Shown: positions 11,565 through 23,035, counted from the stretch's first letter. The stretch: DNA of 64,000 nucleotides from Octopus sinensis (GCF_006345805.1 NC_043012.1:56792001-56856000); one strand, 5' to 3'. Numbers and translations are program-made. The notes: a model not told the origin generated them from the sequence alone.

Positions 11565-11899
11565 AACATACAGACACTCGTGTCTCTGCTGGAACAGTAT
11601 TCTTTGATTGAGTTTGAACTTTGAACCCTAGTTTTCAAAGCAATATTTCGACACAAATATATGTGTTATACCGAGAAATTTAGCAGCCAGAAATCAATAA
11701 AACAATTAGAAACATATGTAGAGAGATAGATAAAGCCGCATGAAGGCCAGGAGGGAATAACAGCGATCGAAATGGAGGGAGTGGAAAGATAACAAAGATG
11801 AGGTTAACTGTCTTCTAATACCTTACAGTGTTCCAGTAATGTGACCTAATAATTTCTGTCTCTCTCTCCATCCTCCACCTCTCTCTCTTCCCCCTCTCC

Positions 11900-11972
<73 letters not shown>

Positions 11973-12051
11973 CTATCTATCTATTCTTCTCTTTTCTATT
12001 CTACTTCTCCCTCTTTCATTTAAATGTGTGTGTATGTATTATATATGTATA

Positions 12052-12113
<62 letters not shown>

Positions 12114-12172
12114 TATATATGTACATACATACATACATACATACATACATACATACATACATACATACATAC

Positions 12173-12346
12173 AGGCGTAGGAGTGACTGTGTGGTAAGTA
12201 GCTTGCTAACCAACCACATGGTTCCGGGTTCAGTCCCCACTGCGTGACACCTTGGACAAGTGTCTTCTACTATACCCTCGGGCCGCACCAAAGCCTTGTG
12301 AGTGATTTGATAGACGAAAACTGAAAGAAGCAGCCCGTCGTATATA

Positions 12347-12394
<48 letters not shown>

Positions 12395-12401
12395 GTATGT
12401 A

Positions 12402-12458
<57 letters not shown>

Positions 12459-12715
12459 ATATTTATATGTATATGTGTGTATGTATATGTTTGTGTGTCT
12501 GTGTTTGTCTCCCCTCCCCCCCCAAATCGCTTGACAGGCAATGGTGGTGTGTTTACGTCCCCGTAACTTAGCGGTTCTGCAAAAGAGCCCGATAGAATAA
12601 GTACTAGGCTTACAAAGAATAAGTCCCTTGGTCGATTTGCTCGACTAAAGGCGGTGCTCCAGCATCGCCACAGTCAAATGACTGAAACAAGTAAAAGAGT
12701 AAAGAGTAAAGAGTA
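12173..12715 (+). mobile_element. SINE family B, full length
   Basis: aggcgtaggagtgactgtgtggtaagtagc...ggttcagtccc (A/B-box-like) ... gactgaaacaagtaaaagagtaaagagta. Confidence 0.92.
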
Positions 12716-12798
12716 TACATACATACATACACATACATACATACATATATACATACATACATACATACATGGAAAAATATATACATACATCATATATA

Positions 12799-13049
12799 TT
12801 GGGTTGGTGCATAATTATTGCGGCTTGTTTTTAACAAATTTTATTTAACGAAAATAATAACAACATGTAACAAAAACGTATTTAAATGATTATTCCGGAG
12901 CATATTCACAATCTACTTCAATTACTGCTTCCCATTTGCTTGTCAGACGGTCAGATCTAAAGATGTTTTTTGTTAAATATCGTTATTGTTTTTGTTGAAT
13001 AGAATTTGTCGGAAAAAAAAAAAGCCGCAATAATTATGCACCAACCCAA
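12799..13049 (-). mobile_element. Mariner-derived MITE with long imperfect inverted arms and a transposase C-terminal remnant
   Basis: TIRs ttgggttggtgcataattattgcggctt / aagccgcaataattatgcaccaacccaa with TA TSD; minus-strand DRLTSKWEAVIEVDCEYAPE* resembles mariner transposase termini. Confidence 0.85.
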
Positions 13050-13109
13050 TATATAAATGTATATATAAATACATATGCGGGAATTTATGGGAGCAACTGT
13101 CTCCGAAGA

Positions 13110-13172
13110 CTCATATTGTCGTTGAATGCTCGAAATGAGGAGCAGATAGACAGCCGACAACTGATGAAGGGC
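13110..13172 (+). ncRNA. Non-circularly permuted (pseudoknotted) hammerhead ribozyme candidate
   Basis: CUCAU-A-UUGUCG-uugaau-GCUC-GAAA-UGAG-(15 nt)-CGACAA-CUGAUGA-A-GGGC; stem III 13110-14/13135-39, stem I 13116-21/13155-60, stem II 13128-31/13169-72. Confidence 0.65.
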
Positions 13173-13313
13173 CGTTCTCCGTGTTACTTGTCCTGTTTTC
13201 CAATTTTTCTCTCGTTGTTTGTGTTTTTAACTCATTTGTTTTTGTACTTCATGTTTTTTTACACATTTGGTGATGTCCTGTATCCATATATGCCATATAT
13301 ATATATATATATA

Positions 13314-13363
<50 letters not shown>

Positions 13364-13397
13364 TTATATATTATTATATTATTATTATTATATTATT

Positions 13398-13455
<58 letters not shown>

Positions 13456-13943
13456 TATTATTATTATTATTATTATTATTTCATTGAACGCCACGCATCC
13501 ATTTCCAATAAGTTTATCTCAACAATTTTGATGCAAATCTACTCAATACTGTTTTCTCCCCCATCCTTCTCTAATTTCCTTTTCCTCCCCTTCACCGTTT
13601 TCTATCCCTCTCTTTCTCTTTATCTCCCTCTTTCTCGTTTTCTCTCTCTCGTTGCTTACACGTGACCATCGTCCATCTTTCTTTTCGTCACGTGATCATC
13701 TTTCTTTTCCTGCACGGCGTTCTAAGGACATGACGTCTTCTATCTATCTTTCACTTCTAATTCTATCTATCTCCTCTTCCAACTTTTCTCTTTCCAAAGA
13801 AAATATTTCTTCCAGCGTTCACTATTTTCCTCTCGTTCTGGTCTCTTTGTATGTCTCCACTGTCCTGTTTGTGTTCTCAACTTTGTCCCTCCATAAATCC
13901 AGAATTTTATTTTGGAAGTTATGAGAGCAACTGTCTTCGAAGA

Positions 13944-14006
13944 CTCATATTGTCGTTGAATGCTCGAAATGAGGAGTGGATAGACAGCCGTCAACTGGCG
14001 AAGAGT
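13944..14006 (+). ncRNA. Second, slightly decayed copy of the permuted hammerhead
   Basis: Same strand order; stem II GCUC/GAGU, core CUGGCGA, one stem I mismatch (CGUCAA). Confidence 0.55.
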
Positions 14007-14369
14007 CATCCTCCGTGTTACTTGCCCTGTTTTCCATTTTTCCTCGTTGTTTGCGCATTTTCGTACTTCATGTTGTTTACACAGTTGGTCACGTGGTGCA
14101 CCCATATATGCACATATATATATTTATATATATATATATATATCTTATTTCTATTATATGCATATATATATGCATGTATATATAAATGTATATATACTAT
14201 ATATATATATATATATATATATATGCCATGCATTTGAACTGGATGTTAGTGTAACATGTATGCAAAGTTTCGTCAAGATTGTTCACTGGTGTAGGCAGCA
14301 AGATGGTAATAGATCGACAGACAGAAATTGCCATTTATGTTTAAGATATATATATATATATATATATAC

Positions 14370-14411
<42 letters not shown>

Positions 14412-14966
14412 TGTGTATAAGTGAAAGAGAGAGAGTAAGGAGAGAGTGAGAGAGAGTGAGAGGTAGATGAGATACGCTAAAGCAAGCATCATATAGATCG
14501 TCACCAAGTAGTGCCTCAGATAAATGCAAAACTTTATCTAGTGCTAAATACTGCCGGTGTAGGAAATCGGTTATAAGAGCGACCTTTGTCGAGTCGGCAT
14601 GGAAGTAAAAAAAAAGCAGATAAACGAAAGTAGGCTTCAAGAGAGTAGTCGCATGGAAACATGAGAATAGAAGTATATAGAAAGTTGAAATAGACTTACT
14701 TTACAGCTGTTTCGAATGAACAAAGAATTGTACCATAACCATGACTATATATATTATGTAATAAAGTCTCATTAGTTTATAGGTGTAGGAAATACACTGA
14801 TTCTTAGAAACCAGAGATGTGAAATCATGTTATCGTCATCAGAAAATTCTGGTAAATAGCTATATTATAGCAAGGACTCGGCTGTGCTTAAGTGTAATCA
14901 TTTTATTTTGGATTTCTCGTTTCATATCACCTTATTGGTCTTTTATGTTCCTAAATTACATTATTT

Positions 14967-15004
14967 CGTTAACGTTTCAAGACCTTGCCGGTCTTCTCGG
15001 AACA
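14967..15004 (-). ncRNA. Decayed minimal hammerhead-like motif
   Basis: Minus strand UGUU-CCGAGA-AGACC-GGCAA-GGUCU-U-GAAACGUU-AACG; stems intact, core one nt short. Confidence 0.4.
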
Positions 15005-15205
15005 TTGTGAGTGTAATAATGGTCTTGTGCTAATTCGCAAAGGATCATGGGAATACTGTTATAAGTGATAAAATTGTGGACACTGGATTTTGAAATCAAA
15101 AAACGATTAAGTTCTGACAATTCATTTTTTCTATTTTACGTGCGATGTATTTGTATATCGGTTTTGCCTTATCAAAGCTTCCATTGTTATTCTTCCCATT
15201 TTTTT

Positions 15206-15360
15206 TTTCAGTTTCCGTCTACCAAATCCACTCACAAGGCTTTGGTCGGCCCGAGGCCATAGTAGAAGACATTTGCCCAAGGTGCCACGCAGTGGGACTG
15301 AACCCGGAACCATTTTGTTGGTAAGCAAGCTATTTACCACACTGCCTCTCCTACGCCTAT
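15206..15360 (-). mobile_element. SINE family B, 5' half
   Basis: ttcagtttccgtctaccaaatcc...cctacgccta. Confidence 0.85.
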
Positions 15361-15424
15361 GAAAATATACAACAATGAAAATAATCATTTGATCTTAGTA
15401 AGTTCGTATAGATAGAAATAACAG

Positions 15425-15828
15425 CCTTTTCTACAACAGGCACAAGGTCTTAAGAGATGTGGTTAGCCGATTATACCAACTTCAGAACCCGAAAGGATGA
15501 AAGGCCAAGTCATCCTCGGCGGAATTTGAATTCAGACAGTAAAGACGGACGAAATGCCACTATACATTTTGTCCGGTATGCTAACGGTTCTGCAAGCTCA
15601 CCGCCTTCATAAATAACCATTTCTGCTATGGGCACAAGGTCTGAAATTTAGGGAAAGAGCTGATCGATCACGACAACTCCAATACTCAACTGATACTTAT
15701 TTCTTCGGCCCCAAAAAGATGAAAGACAAAGTCGACTCCAGCGGACTTTGAACTCAGAAAATAGAGACAAACGAAATAGCGGTTACGCATTTCGTTCAGC
15801 GTGCTAACGATTCTGCCAGCTCGCTGGC
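15425..15828 (-). mobile_element. Two tandem older SINE family A copies
   Basis: ggcacaaggtc...aaggatgaaaggc...gaactcag...gccagctcgc occurs twice. Confidence 0.75.
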
Positions 15829-16067
15829 TTTATAAAGAAAAGTATGTTAGATTTGAACAATCGCCCTACTTAATAATAATAATATGACTAATAAATGAAA
15901 CACTCGTTCTAAGTATCATGTGTACCGGACATGTATCAGGTGACCGAATATAACAGACATATTTCATTTCAATGATACTATAAATACACTCACATATATT
16001 TATGATAAAATCTTGGATTAATTTCGTATTCATTGGCGTTTTTTTAAAAAATCTACACAGTATATAG

Positions 16068-16283
16068 GGTGGCGAGCTGACAGAATCATTAGCAAGCCGA
16101 GCAAAATGTTTAACAGCTTCCCGTCCGTCCTCATGTTCCAAGTTCAAATTCTGTTGAGGTCAACTTTGCGTTTCATCTTTTCGGAGGTCGATAAAATAAG
16201 AACCAGTTGATCGCTGGAGTCGGTATAATCGACTGAGCCCCTTTTTCCGAAATTACTGGCCTTGTGCCAAAATTTGAAACCAA
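16068..16283 (+). mobile_element. Older SINE family A copy
   Basis: ggtggcgagctgacagaatcattagc...ggtcgataaaataag...ggccttgtgccaaaatttgaaacc. Confidence 0.8.
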
Positions 16284-16303
16284 TATACTCAGTATATACA
16301 GAA

Positions 16304-16339
<36 letters not shown>

Positions 16340-16347
<8 letters not shown>

Positions 16348-16647
16348 GCGCCCTTTTAAAGCCTAGCCAGGCTCATGTGCCCGGTTTCCAGGTTTCCATG
16401 GCGTGTGTGTTCTCCAGCAAAATGTTTAACAGCTTCCCGTCCGTCCTCATGTTCCAAGTTCAAATTCTGTTGAGGTCAACTTTGCCAGTCCATCGCAGCG
16501 TTACTCATTTTTGTCAGCTGAGTGGACTGGAGCAACGTGTAATGACGTGTTTTGCTCAAGAACACAACGTGTCGCCCGGTCCAGGAATCGAAACCACAAT
16601 CTTACGATCATGATGCTGACACCCTAACCACTAAACCACGCCTCCAC
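16340..16647 (-). mobile_element. tRNA-derived SINE family D with (ATT)n tail
   Basis: Minus-strand head gtggaggcgtggtttagtggttagggtg...ggtttcgattcctggaccggg (A/B boxes), then gctgcgatggactggc. Confidence 0.8.
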
Positions 16648-16754
16648 AATAATAATAATGATAGTAGGGAATATAATTCCAAACTTACAGGGAAAAATTC
16701 AATTTAGCAATTCTAAATCAAATTTCACACTATACAATATACGTACAAAATTTG

Positions 16755-16948
16755 GAGAAAAAGCTCTGTTAAACAATTCAATAGTGAAAGACGTTATTCA
16801 CACCATATGGAAAAAGTTAAATATACTATAGAAAATATTATTCTAAAAATCGATTTTTGGAATAATATTTTCTATAGTATATTTAACTTTTTCCATATGG
16901 TGTGAATAACGTCTTTCACTATTGAATTGTTTAACAGAGCTTTTTCTC
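16755..16948. repeat. 194-bp zero-spacer palindrome
   Basis: 97-bp arms centred on aaaaatc|gattttt; one T.G mismatch seen. Confidence 0.95.
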
Positions 16949-17106
16949 TGAATTATATACATACATACATACATACATACATACATACATACATACATAC
17001 ATACATACATACATACATACATAACATACATATATATATATATATATATGAAATATTAAAATTACTAAGTCTCTCTAAAAGAGAACAACGGCAGCGTTCC
17101 CGGAAA

Positions 17107-17183
17107 ATATTAGTTATCGCCATACTAATATGGCATTCTTTATAAAAATAAGAATGCCATATTAGTATGGCGATAACTAATAT
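17107..17183. repeat. 34-bp perfect inverted repeat with 9-nt spacer
   Basis: atattagttatcgccatactaatatggcattctt-tataaaaat-aagaatgccatattagtatggcgataactaatat. Confidence 0.9.
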
Positions 17184-17333
17184 ATATATATATATACATG
17201 TCGTGTATTAATAAGGCATTAAAACAGAATGACTCTCTCCAGATACAACAAAATATACTTCTATATACGAATTCCCACAGAGAATCTTGAAAACCAAATA
17301 CAAAAACGATATATATAAAATAAATTTATTAAT

Positions 17334-17662
17334 AACAAGAGCACTCAGAGAGCGCAAACCTCCGCAAAGGCAACACCAACGTCCTCTCAACGATTAGCTA
17401 GAGATAATTTTTAAAATGAGAATATCTGAAATAAACTCGACTGCTTTCACAAAGGAGAATACTAAAAATGAACCCGACTGCTCTCAAAAATTAAGTAAAA
17501 AAACTGGAAAAATATTCCAGAATCCTTGTCCGGTACCGGATCGATCTCAAAATCTAATCACGAGGCCAAACGTATCCATCCAGTGGTTCTTAAGATATCT
17601 TGTCTACGGACAAACAAACACGACTAGAAACAATACCTCCGCTTTCCCTAAGGCGGAGGTAA
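17334..17662. mobile_element. Non-autonomous element with subterminal repeat and terminal hairpin (Helentron/HINE-like)
   Basis: Starts aacaagagcactcagagagcgcaaacctccgc; ends tacctccgctttccctaaggcggaggtaa (hairpin that matches the 5' acctccgc). Confidence 0.55.
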
Positions 17663-17724
17663 TGATGGACTCTCCCGTCAAAGACGATGTATGAATCCAC
17701 GTTGTCTGAAGAGGTGCACGGTGT

Positions 17725-18076
17725 GCTACACATCAGGTGTCGGAATAATTGCAGAGAAAACTGAGATGAAGTGTTTTGTTCAAAAACACAACGCACCGCC
17801 CTGTCTAGGAACCGAAATCACGATCGCAAGTGCAACATCCTTACCACTAGGCCACGCGTGACTTAGTGGTTAGGACGTTGCAGTCACAAACATAAAATTG
17901 TGCTTTCGCTTCCTGGACCGAACGTAATGTTGTGTTGAGCGAAACGCATCATTTTACGTTGCTAGAAGTTCACTCAGCTGGAGAAAATCAGCAATCTTGT
18001 GACGGACCAGCGACCCGTTCACGGGGAAATATAGACGCGGAAACCAGTTTTAGGATTCTATGGCTCGGGAAGGACT
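17725..18076. mobile_element. Two family D SINEs back-to-back sharing cacgcgtg (17853-17860)
   Basis: The minus-strand copy ends ccactaggccacgcg and the plus-strand copy starts cgcgtgacttagtggttagg. Confidence 0.65.
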
Positions 18077-18169
18077 TTGTTCTTTTTCTTTAAGTATATA
18101 CATATATATATCATATATCATATAGTGTGTTTGTGTGTGTTTGTGTGTGTCTGTTTATATATGTATATT

Positions 18170-18520
18170 CTTTTAGTCTTTTATTTGTTTCAGTCATTCG
18201 ACTGTGGCTATGCTGGAGCACGCCTTAAAGGAGTTTTTAGTCGAAGTAATCGACTTCAGGACTTATTCTTTGTAAGCCTAGGTCCTTTTGTCGAGCCGCT
18301 AAGTTACGGGGATGCAAACACACCAACGTTAGTTGTCAAGCGACGGTGGGATGACAAACACAAATACACACACGCACACACACACACACACATACACACA
18401 CGCATACACACACGCGCATGCGCACACACACACACACACGTTTCTATATATATGTATATATATGTGTGTGTGTGTGTGTACCAAATCCACGGACAAGCTA
18501 TAGTAGAAGACAGTTGCCCA
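18170..18520 (-). mobile_element. SINE family B, decayed
   Basis: tgtttcagtcattcgactgtggctatgctggagcac...gctatagtagaagac. Confidence 0.75.
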
Positions 18521-18759
18521 AACCTCTTGCCATATATATTTGTATATATAACACCCAACACGTGCTGGACTTCTACACGTTGATTTTTGAACTATGAGCG
18601 TGCGGTTGTTCAATGAACTTGCCAACTAATTCACTGAATTTGTGTGTGTGGTGGTCGAGTATTCCACAGACACATGTGCCTTCAACCCACTGCTCAATCG
18701 AATCAGCGTGATATAAGGTGTGACATGGCTTGACCTTTGGATCCGTCGACATTGACTAT

Positions 18760-18810
<51 letters not shown>

Positions 18811-18812
<2 letters not shown>

Positions 18813-19228
18813 TACTCTTTTACTCTTTTATATGTTTCAGTCATTTGACTGCGGCCATGCTGGAGCACCGCCTTTAATCGAGCAACTCGACCCCAGGACT
18901 TATTCTTTGTAAGCCCAGTACTTATTCTATCGGTCTCTTTTGCCGAACCGCTAAGTGACGGGGACGTAAACACACCAGCATCGGTTGTCAAGCAATGCTA
19001 GGGGGACAAACACCAGACCCAAACACCCACAACACACACACATATATATATATATATACATTACGACAGCAGCTTCTTTCAGTTTCCGTCTACCAAATCC
19101 ATCACAAGGCATTGGTCGGCCCGGGGCTATAGCAGAAGACACTTGCCCAAGATGCCACACAGTGGGACTGACCCGGAACCATGTGGTTGGTTAGCAAGCT
19201 ACTTACCACACAGCCACTCCTGCGCCTA
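18811..19228 (-). mobile_element. SINE family B, full length
   Basis: Complete match to the other copies. Confidence 0.92.
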
Positions 19229-19464
19229 TATATTGTATATATATATACAATTTCTGCTCACAGAATTTTTTTCAAAAAGTGCAGGTTATTCAGAGGCTGC
19301 CACGGTCTGAGATAAAGCCAGGAAGTCTACAAAGCAGGTTTCTTAATCATTCAGCCACATGCACGCGCATATATATATTGCCCCAGCATGGTCGCTGTCC
19401 CAAGACTGAACAGGTTGTATCTATATTATATGTAGGGCAAGTTTCTTCTAGGATAGACTCGAGC

Positions 19465-19506
19465 TGAGTGAGTGGATTTGCGAGACGGAAACTGAAAGAA
19501 GCACGT

Positions 19507-19545
<39 letters not shown>

Positions 19546-19780
19546 GCGTGTGTGTCTTTATGTTTGTGTTTGTCTCCCACTACCGCTTGACAACCGATTT
19601 TGGTTTGTTCATATACCCGTAACTTTGTAGTTCGGCAAAAGCGACAGATAGAGCAAGTACCGGGTTTCAAAAAAAAGCAAAAAACCTACTGGGGTCGATT
19701 CGTTCAACTAAAATTCCTCAAGGTGGTGCTCCTGCATGGCCGCTGTCGAACGACAGAAACAAATAAAAGATAAAAGATAA
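19465..19780 (+). mobile_element. Older SINE family B
   Basis: gagtggatttgcgagacggaaactgaaagaagc...gaaacaaataaaagataaaagata. Confidence 0.75.
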
Positions 19781-19859
19781 CACACGCACACAGGCGCGCA
19801 CACACGCACGCGCGCGCGCACACACACAAATTTATTAAAGCTGCAAAATCTTCTCAAGC

Positions 19860-19897
19860 CTATTGCCCTGAGTTTCACGTTCACGTTCGTCAGACAA
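19860..19897 (-). ncRNA. Decayed hammerhead motif of family HH-C, within an ~88-bp insert between (CA)n and (TG)n
   Basis: Minus strand UUGU-CUGACGA-ACG-UGAA-CGU-GAAA-CUC-A-GGG-CA-AUAG; downstream gcagctttaataaa matches gctgcttaaaataaa after the 8129 copy. Confidence 0.55.
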
Positions 19898-19945
19898 TTG
19901 TGATGGCTATGTTTTGTGTGTGTGTGTGTGTGTGTGTGTACGCAT

Positions 19946-19979
<34 letters not shown>

Positions 19980-20094
19980 CTATATATGATACTATATAAT
20001 ATTACACATATATATATATCTTTATATATATGTATATAATTAAATATATGTGCAATATTAATGTGCATATATATAATATATATGATAATGAAAA

Positions 20095-20269
20095 TATAAT
20101 CTAATAATAATATAAAATAATAATAATAATAATATAATGATAATAATATAATAATAGTAATAATAATAATGATAATAATAATAATAATAATAATAGTAAT
20201 AATAATAATAATAATAAAGATAATAATAATAGTAATAATAATAATGATAATAATAATAGTAATAATAAC

Positions 20270-20314
<45 letters not shown>

Positions 20315-20315
20315 A

Positions 20316-20352
<37 letters not shown>

Positions 20353-20463
20353 TAATAATAATAATAATATCAATAATAATAACAGTAATAATAATAACAA
20401 TAATAATATAATAATAATAATAATAATAATAACAATAATAACAATAATAATAATAAAAATAAA

Positions 20464-20514
<51 letters not shown>

Positions 20515-20515
20515 C
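20095..20515. repeat. Imperfect (TAA)n microsatellite, ~420 bp
   Basis: Read directly from the sequence. Confidence 0.95.
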
Positions 20516-20879
20516 CTATATATAATATAGGCCAAACATGTCTTTGTCGTAAGAGCTCTCTCATTACATCTATATAGTTCCGTATTGTTTTCCCCTAGAG
20601 TGGTACTCTTAAGTTGAAAATACGTGGACAGATCCTGTCACAAATGATCATGCTGCGTATTTTGTTTGTCTGTCTGTCTGTCTATCTACAGAGGTACACA
20701 CACACACACAGATACAGACGCATACACACAGATACAGACACACACACAGACACACACACACACATACATATATTATATATATATATATACATAAATATGT
20801 ATATATACATATGTGTATATATATGTATACACGTATACAATTATACATATATACATATCTATGTATATACACACTCACT

Positions 20880-20917
<38 letters not shown>

Positions 20918-21159
20918 CGCACACACACACACACACACACCTACACACATGTACATGTATTAATTTTCGCTTTTACATCAAATTACATATAAAAGCAATC
21001 GGACGTTAAACTGAAGGATTACTGAAAACTGACAATATTATGAGAATTTAATACAACAGTCATCACTAAAAGCAGATTACGTATTTAAGTATTACAAGGA
21101 TAAAATTGCCAGTGACTTCGAAGTTTCGGCTTACTTGCCCTTCAGAAACTATACTTCTC

Positions 21160-21588
21160 GGCGGGGAGCTGGCAGAACCGTTAGCACGCCGGGCGAAATG
21201 CGTAGCCGTATTTCGTCTGCCCTTACGTTCTGAGTTCAAATTCCGCCAAGGTCGACTTTGCCTTTCATCCTTTCGGGGTCGATAAATTAAGTACCAGTTA
21301 CGCACTGGGGTCGTTGTAATCTACTTAATCCCTTTGTCTGTCCTTGTTTGTCTTCTCTGTGTTTAGCCCCTTGTCGGTAGTAAAGAAAGAGGTATTTCGT
21401 CTGCCGCTGCGTTCTGAGTTCAAATTCTGCCAAGGTCGACTTTGCCTTTCATCCTTTCGGGGTAGATAAATTAAGTACCAGTTACGCACTGGGGTCGATG
21501 TAATCGACTTAATCCCTTTGTCTGTCCTTGTTTGTCCCCTCTATGTTTAGCCCCTTGTGGGCAATAAAGAAATAAGAAATAAGAAATA
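21160..21588 (+). mobile_element. SINE family A, young dimeric full-length copy with 16-bp TSD
   Basis: TSD agaaactatacttctc at 21144-21159 and 21589-21604; (AAGAAAT)n tail. Confidence 0.95.
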
Positions 21589-22028
21589 AGAAACTATACT
21601 TCTCTTTAATAAATTTCAGTTAATCAGGTGTTCCACGATCAATTATTAACCTTATAGTTCTTCGTTTAATTCCTGATACATCTAATTCTTACTTTAATTC
21701 CCTGTGAATGAAACCGGGTGGAAGTGAATGGTTTTCGGATTATAGAAGACGAACTCGTAATTTTCCCCATAACCAACCAGATATGTTTACTACGGTCGAT
21801 TTAATATTCCGTCCAAGATGTGAAGAGAATTATAATTGACAGGAAATGGATCTTCTATGAGATAAGCTTCTAGGGTTTTGATACTACAGTTTATCTGGGG
21901 CTAAAAGTTAACACCAATGCACACACACACACACACTGTATATATATATATATTATATATATATTATATATTATATAATATATAAATATATATATTATAA
22001 TATATATATATACACTACACCCACCCAC

Positions 22029-22059
<31 letters not shown>

Positions 22060-22123
22060 GGTATACTGCATATTACCGAGTTACGTCTCTTTCGACTTAC
22101 TTTTTATTTTATTTTATTTTATT

Positions 22124-22506
22124 TTTTACTTGTTTCAGTCATTTGACTGTGGCCATGCTGGAGCACCACCTTTTAGTAGGCAAATCGACCACGGACTTAT
22201 TCTTGTAAGCCCAGTACTTATTCTATCGGTCTCTTTTTGCCGAACCGCTAAGTAACGGGGACATAAACACCAGCAATCGGTTGTCAAGCAATGCTAGGGG
22301 GAACAACACACGCACACCCATATATGTACTATATCATATATACGACGGGCTTCTTCAGTTCCGTCTACAAATCCACTCACAAGGCTTTGGTCGGCCGAGG
22401 CTATAGCAGATAGAAGACATTACCCAAGGTGCAACGCATGTGGAATGAACCCGGTACCATGTGGTTTGTAGCAAGCTACTTACCAACACAGCCACTCCTA
22501 CGCCTT
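22124..22506 (-). mobile_element. SINE family B, full length (many small indels)
   Basis: Tail-to-head match to the other copies. Confidence 0.9.
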
Positions 22507-22798
22507 AACAAGGTATTTTAAATAAATTTATGGAAAAATAAACATCAACTTCAGTTGATTTACTCAAATTTACAAACATATTTAAAGTCGTAAATATCAA
22601 AAACAAAAAAAAAACTTTAATAACGAATGCTGAAGGGGAAAAATCAAATAAAATTCTCGTGAAATATGTACAAATTATTTATTGAAACAAATATAAGTTA
22701 ATAAATATTTTCAAATGTTTTTCGTGTTACATTGTTTTTCGTGTTAAGTTGCATAACTTGGAACCAGTTACCGACATAAGTTGAGGTCTGTCTGTTTG

Positions 22799-22891
<93 letters not shown>

Positions 22892-23035
22892 TGTTTATAC
22901 GGACAGCCTTCGACTCCTTTCTATGCTAGTGGTTTTTATTTTTTGACTCAATACTGTACACGCTATTATTTATAGCGTTATCTCCTTCGAGTCCCACCAT
23001 TAAAAGCGATCTATAACGTATCTTTTGAAGCTTCT

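Larger units (their letters stand above)
13075..14105 (+). mobile_element. Partial tandem of a microsatellite-embedded element (family HH-P), Penelope pLTR-like arrangement
   Basis: Short copy 13075-13290 and longer copy ~13480-14105 share gagcaactgtct...ctccgtgttacttg.cctgttttcc...; both end in (TA)n. Confidence 0.6.

Noticed and set aside
14230-14348. Possible Helitron-type 5' fragment on the minus strand
   Set aside because: Too short and no 3' terminus to support the call
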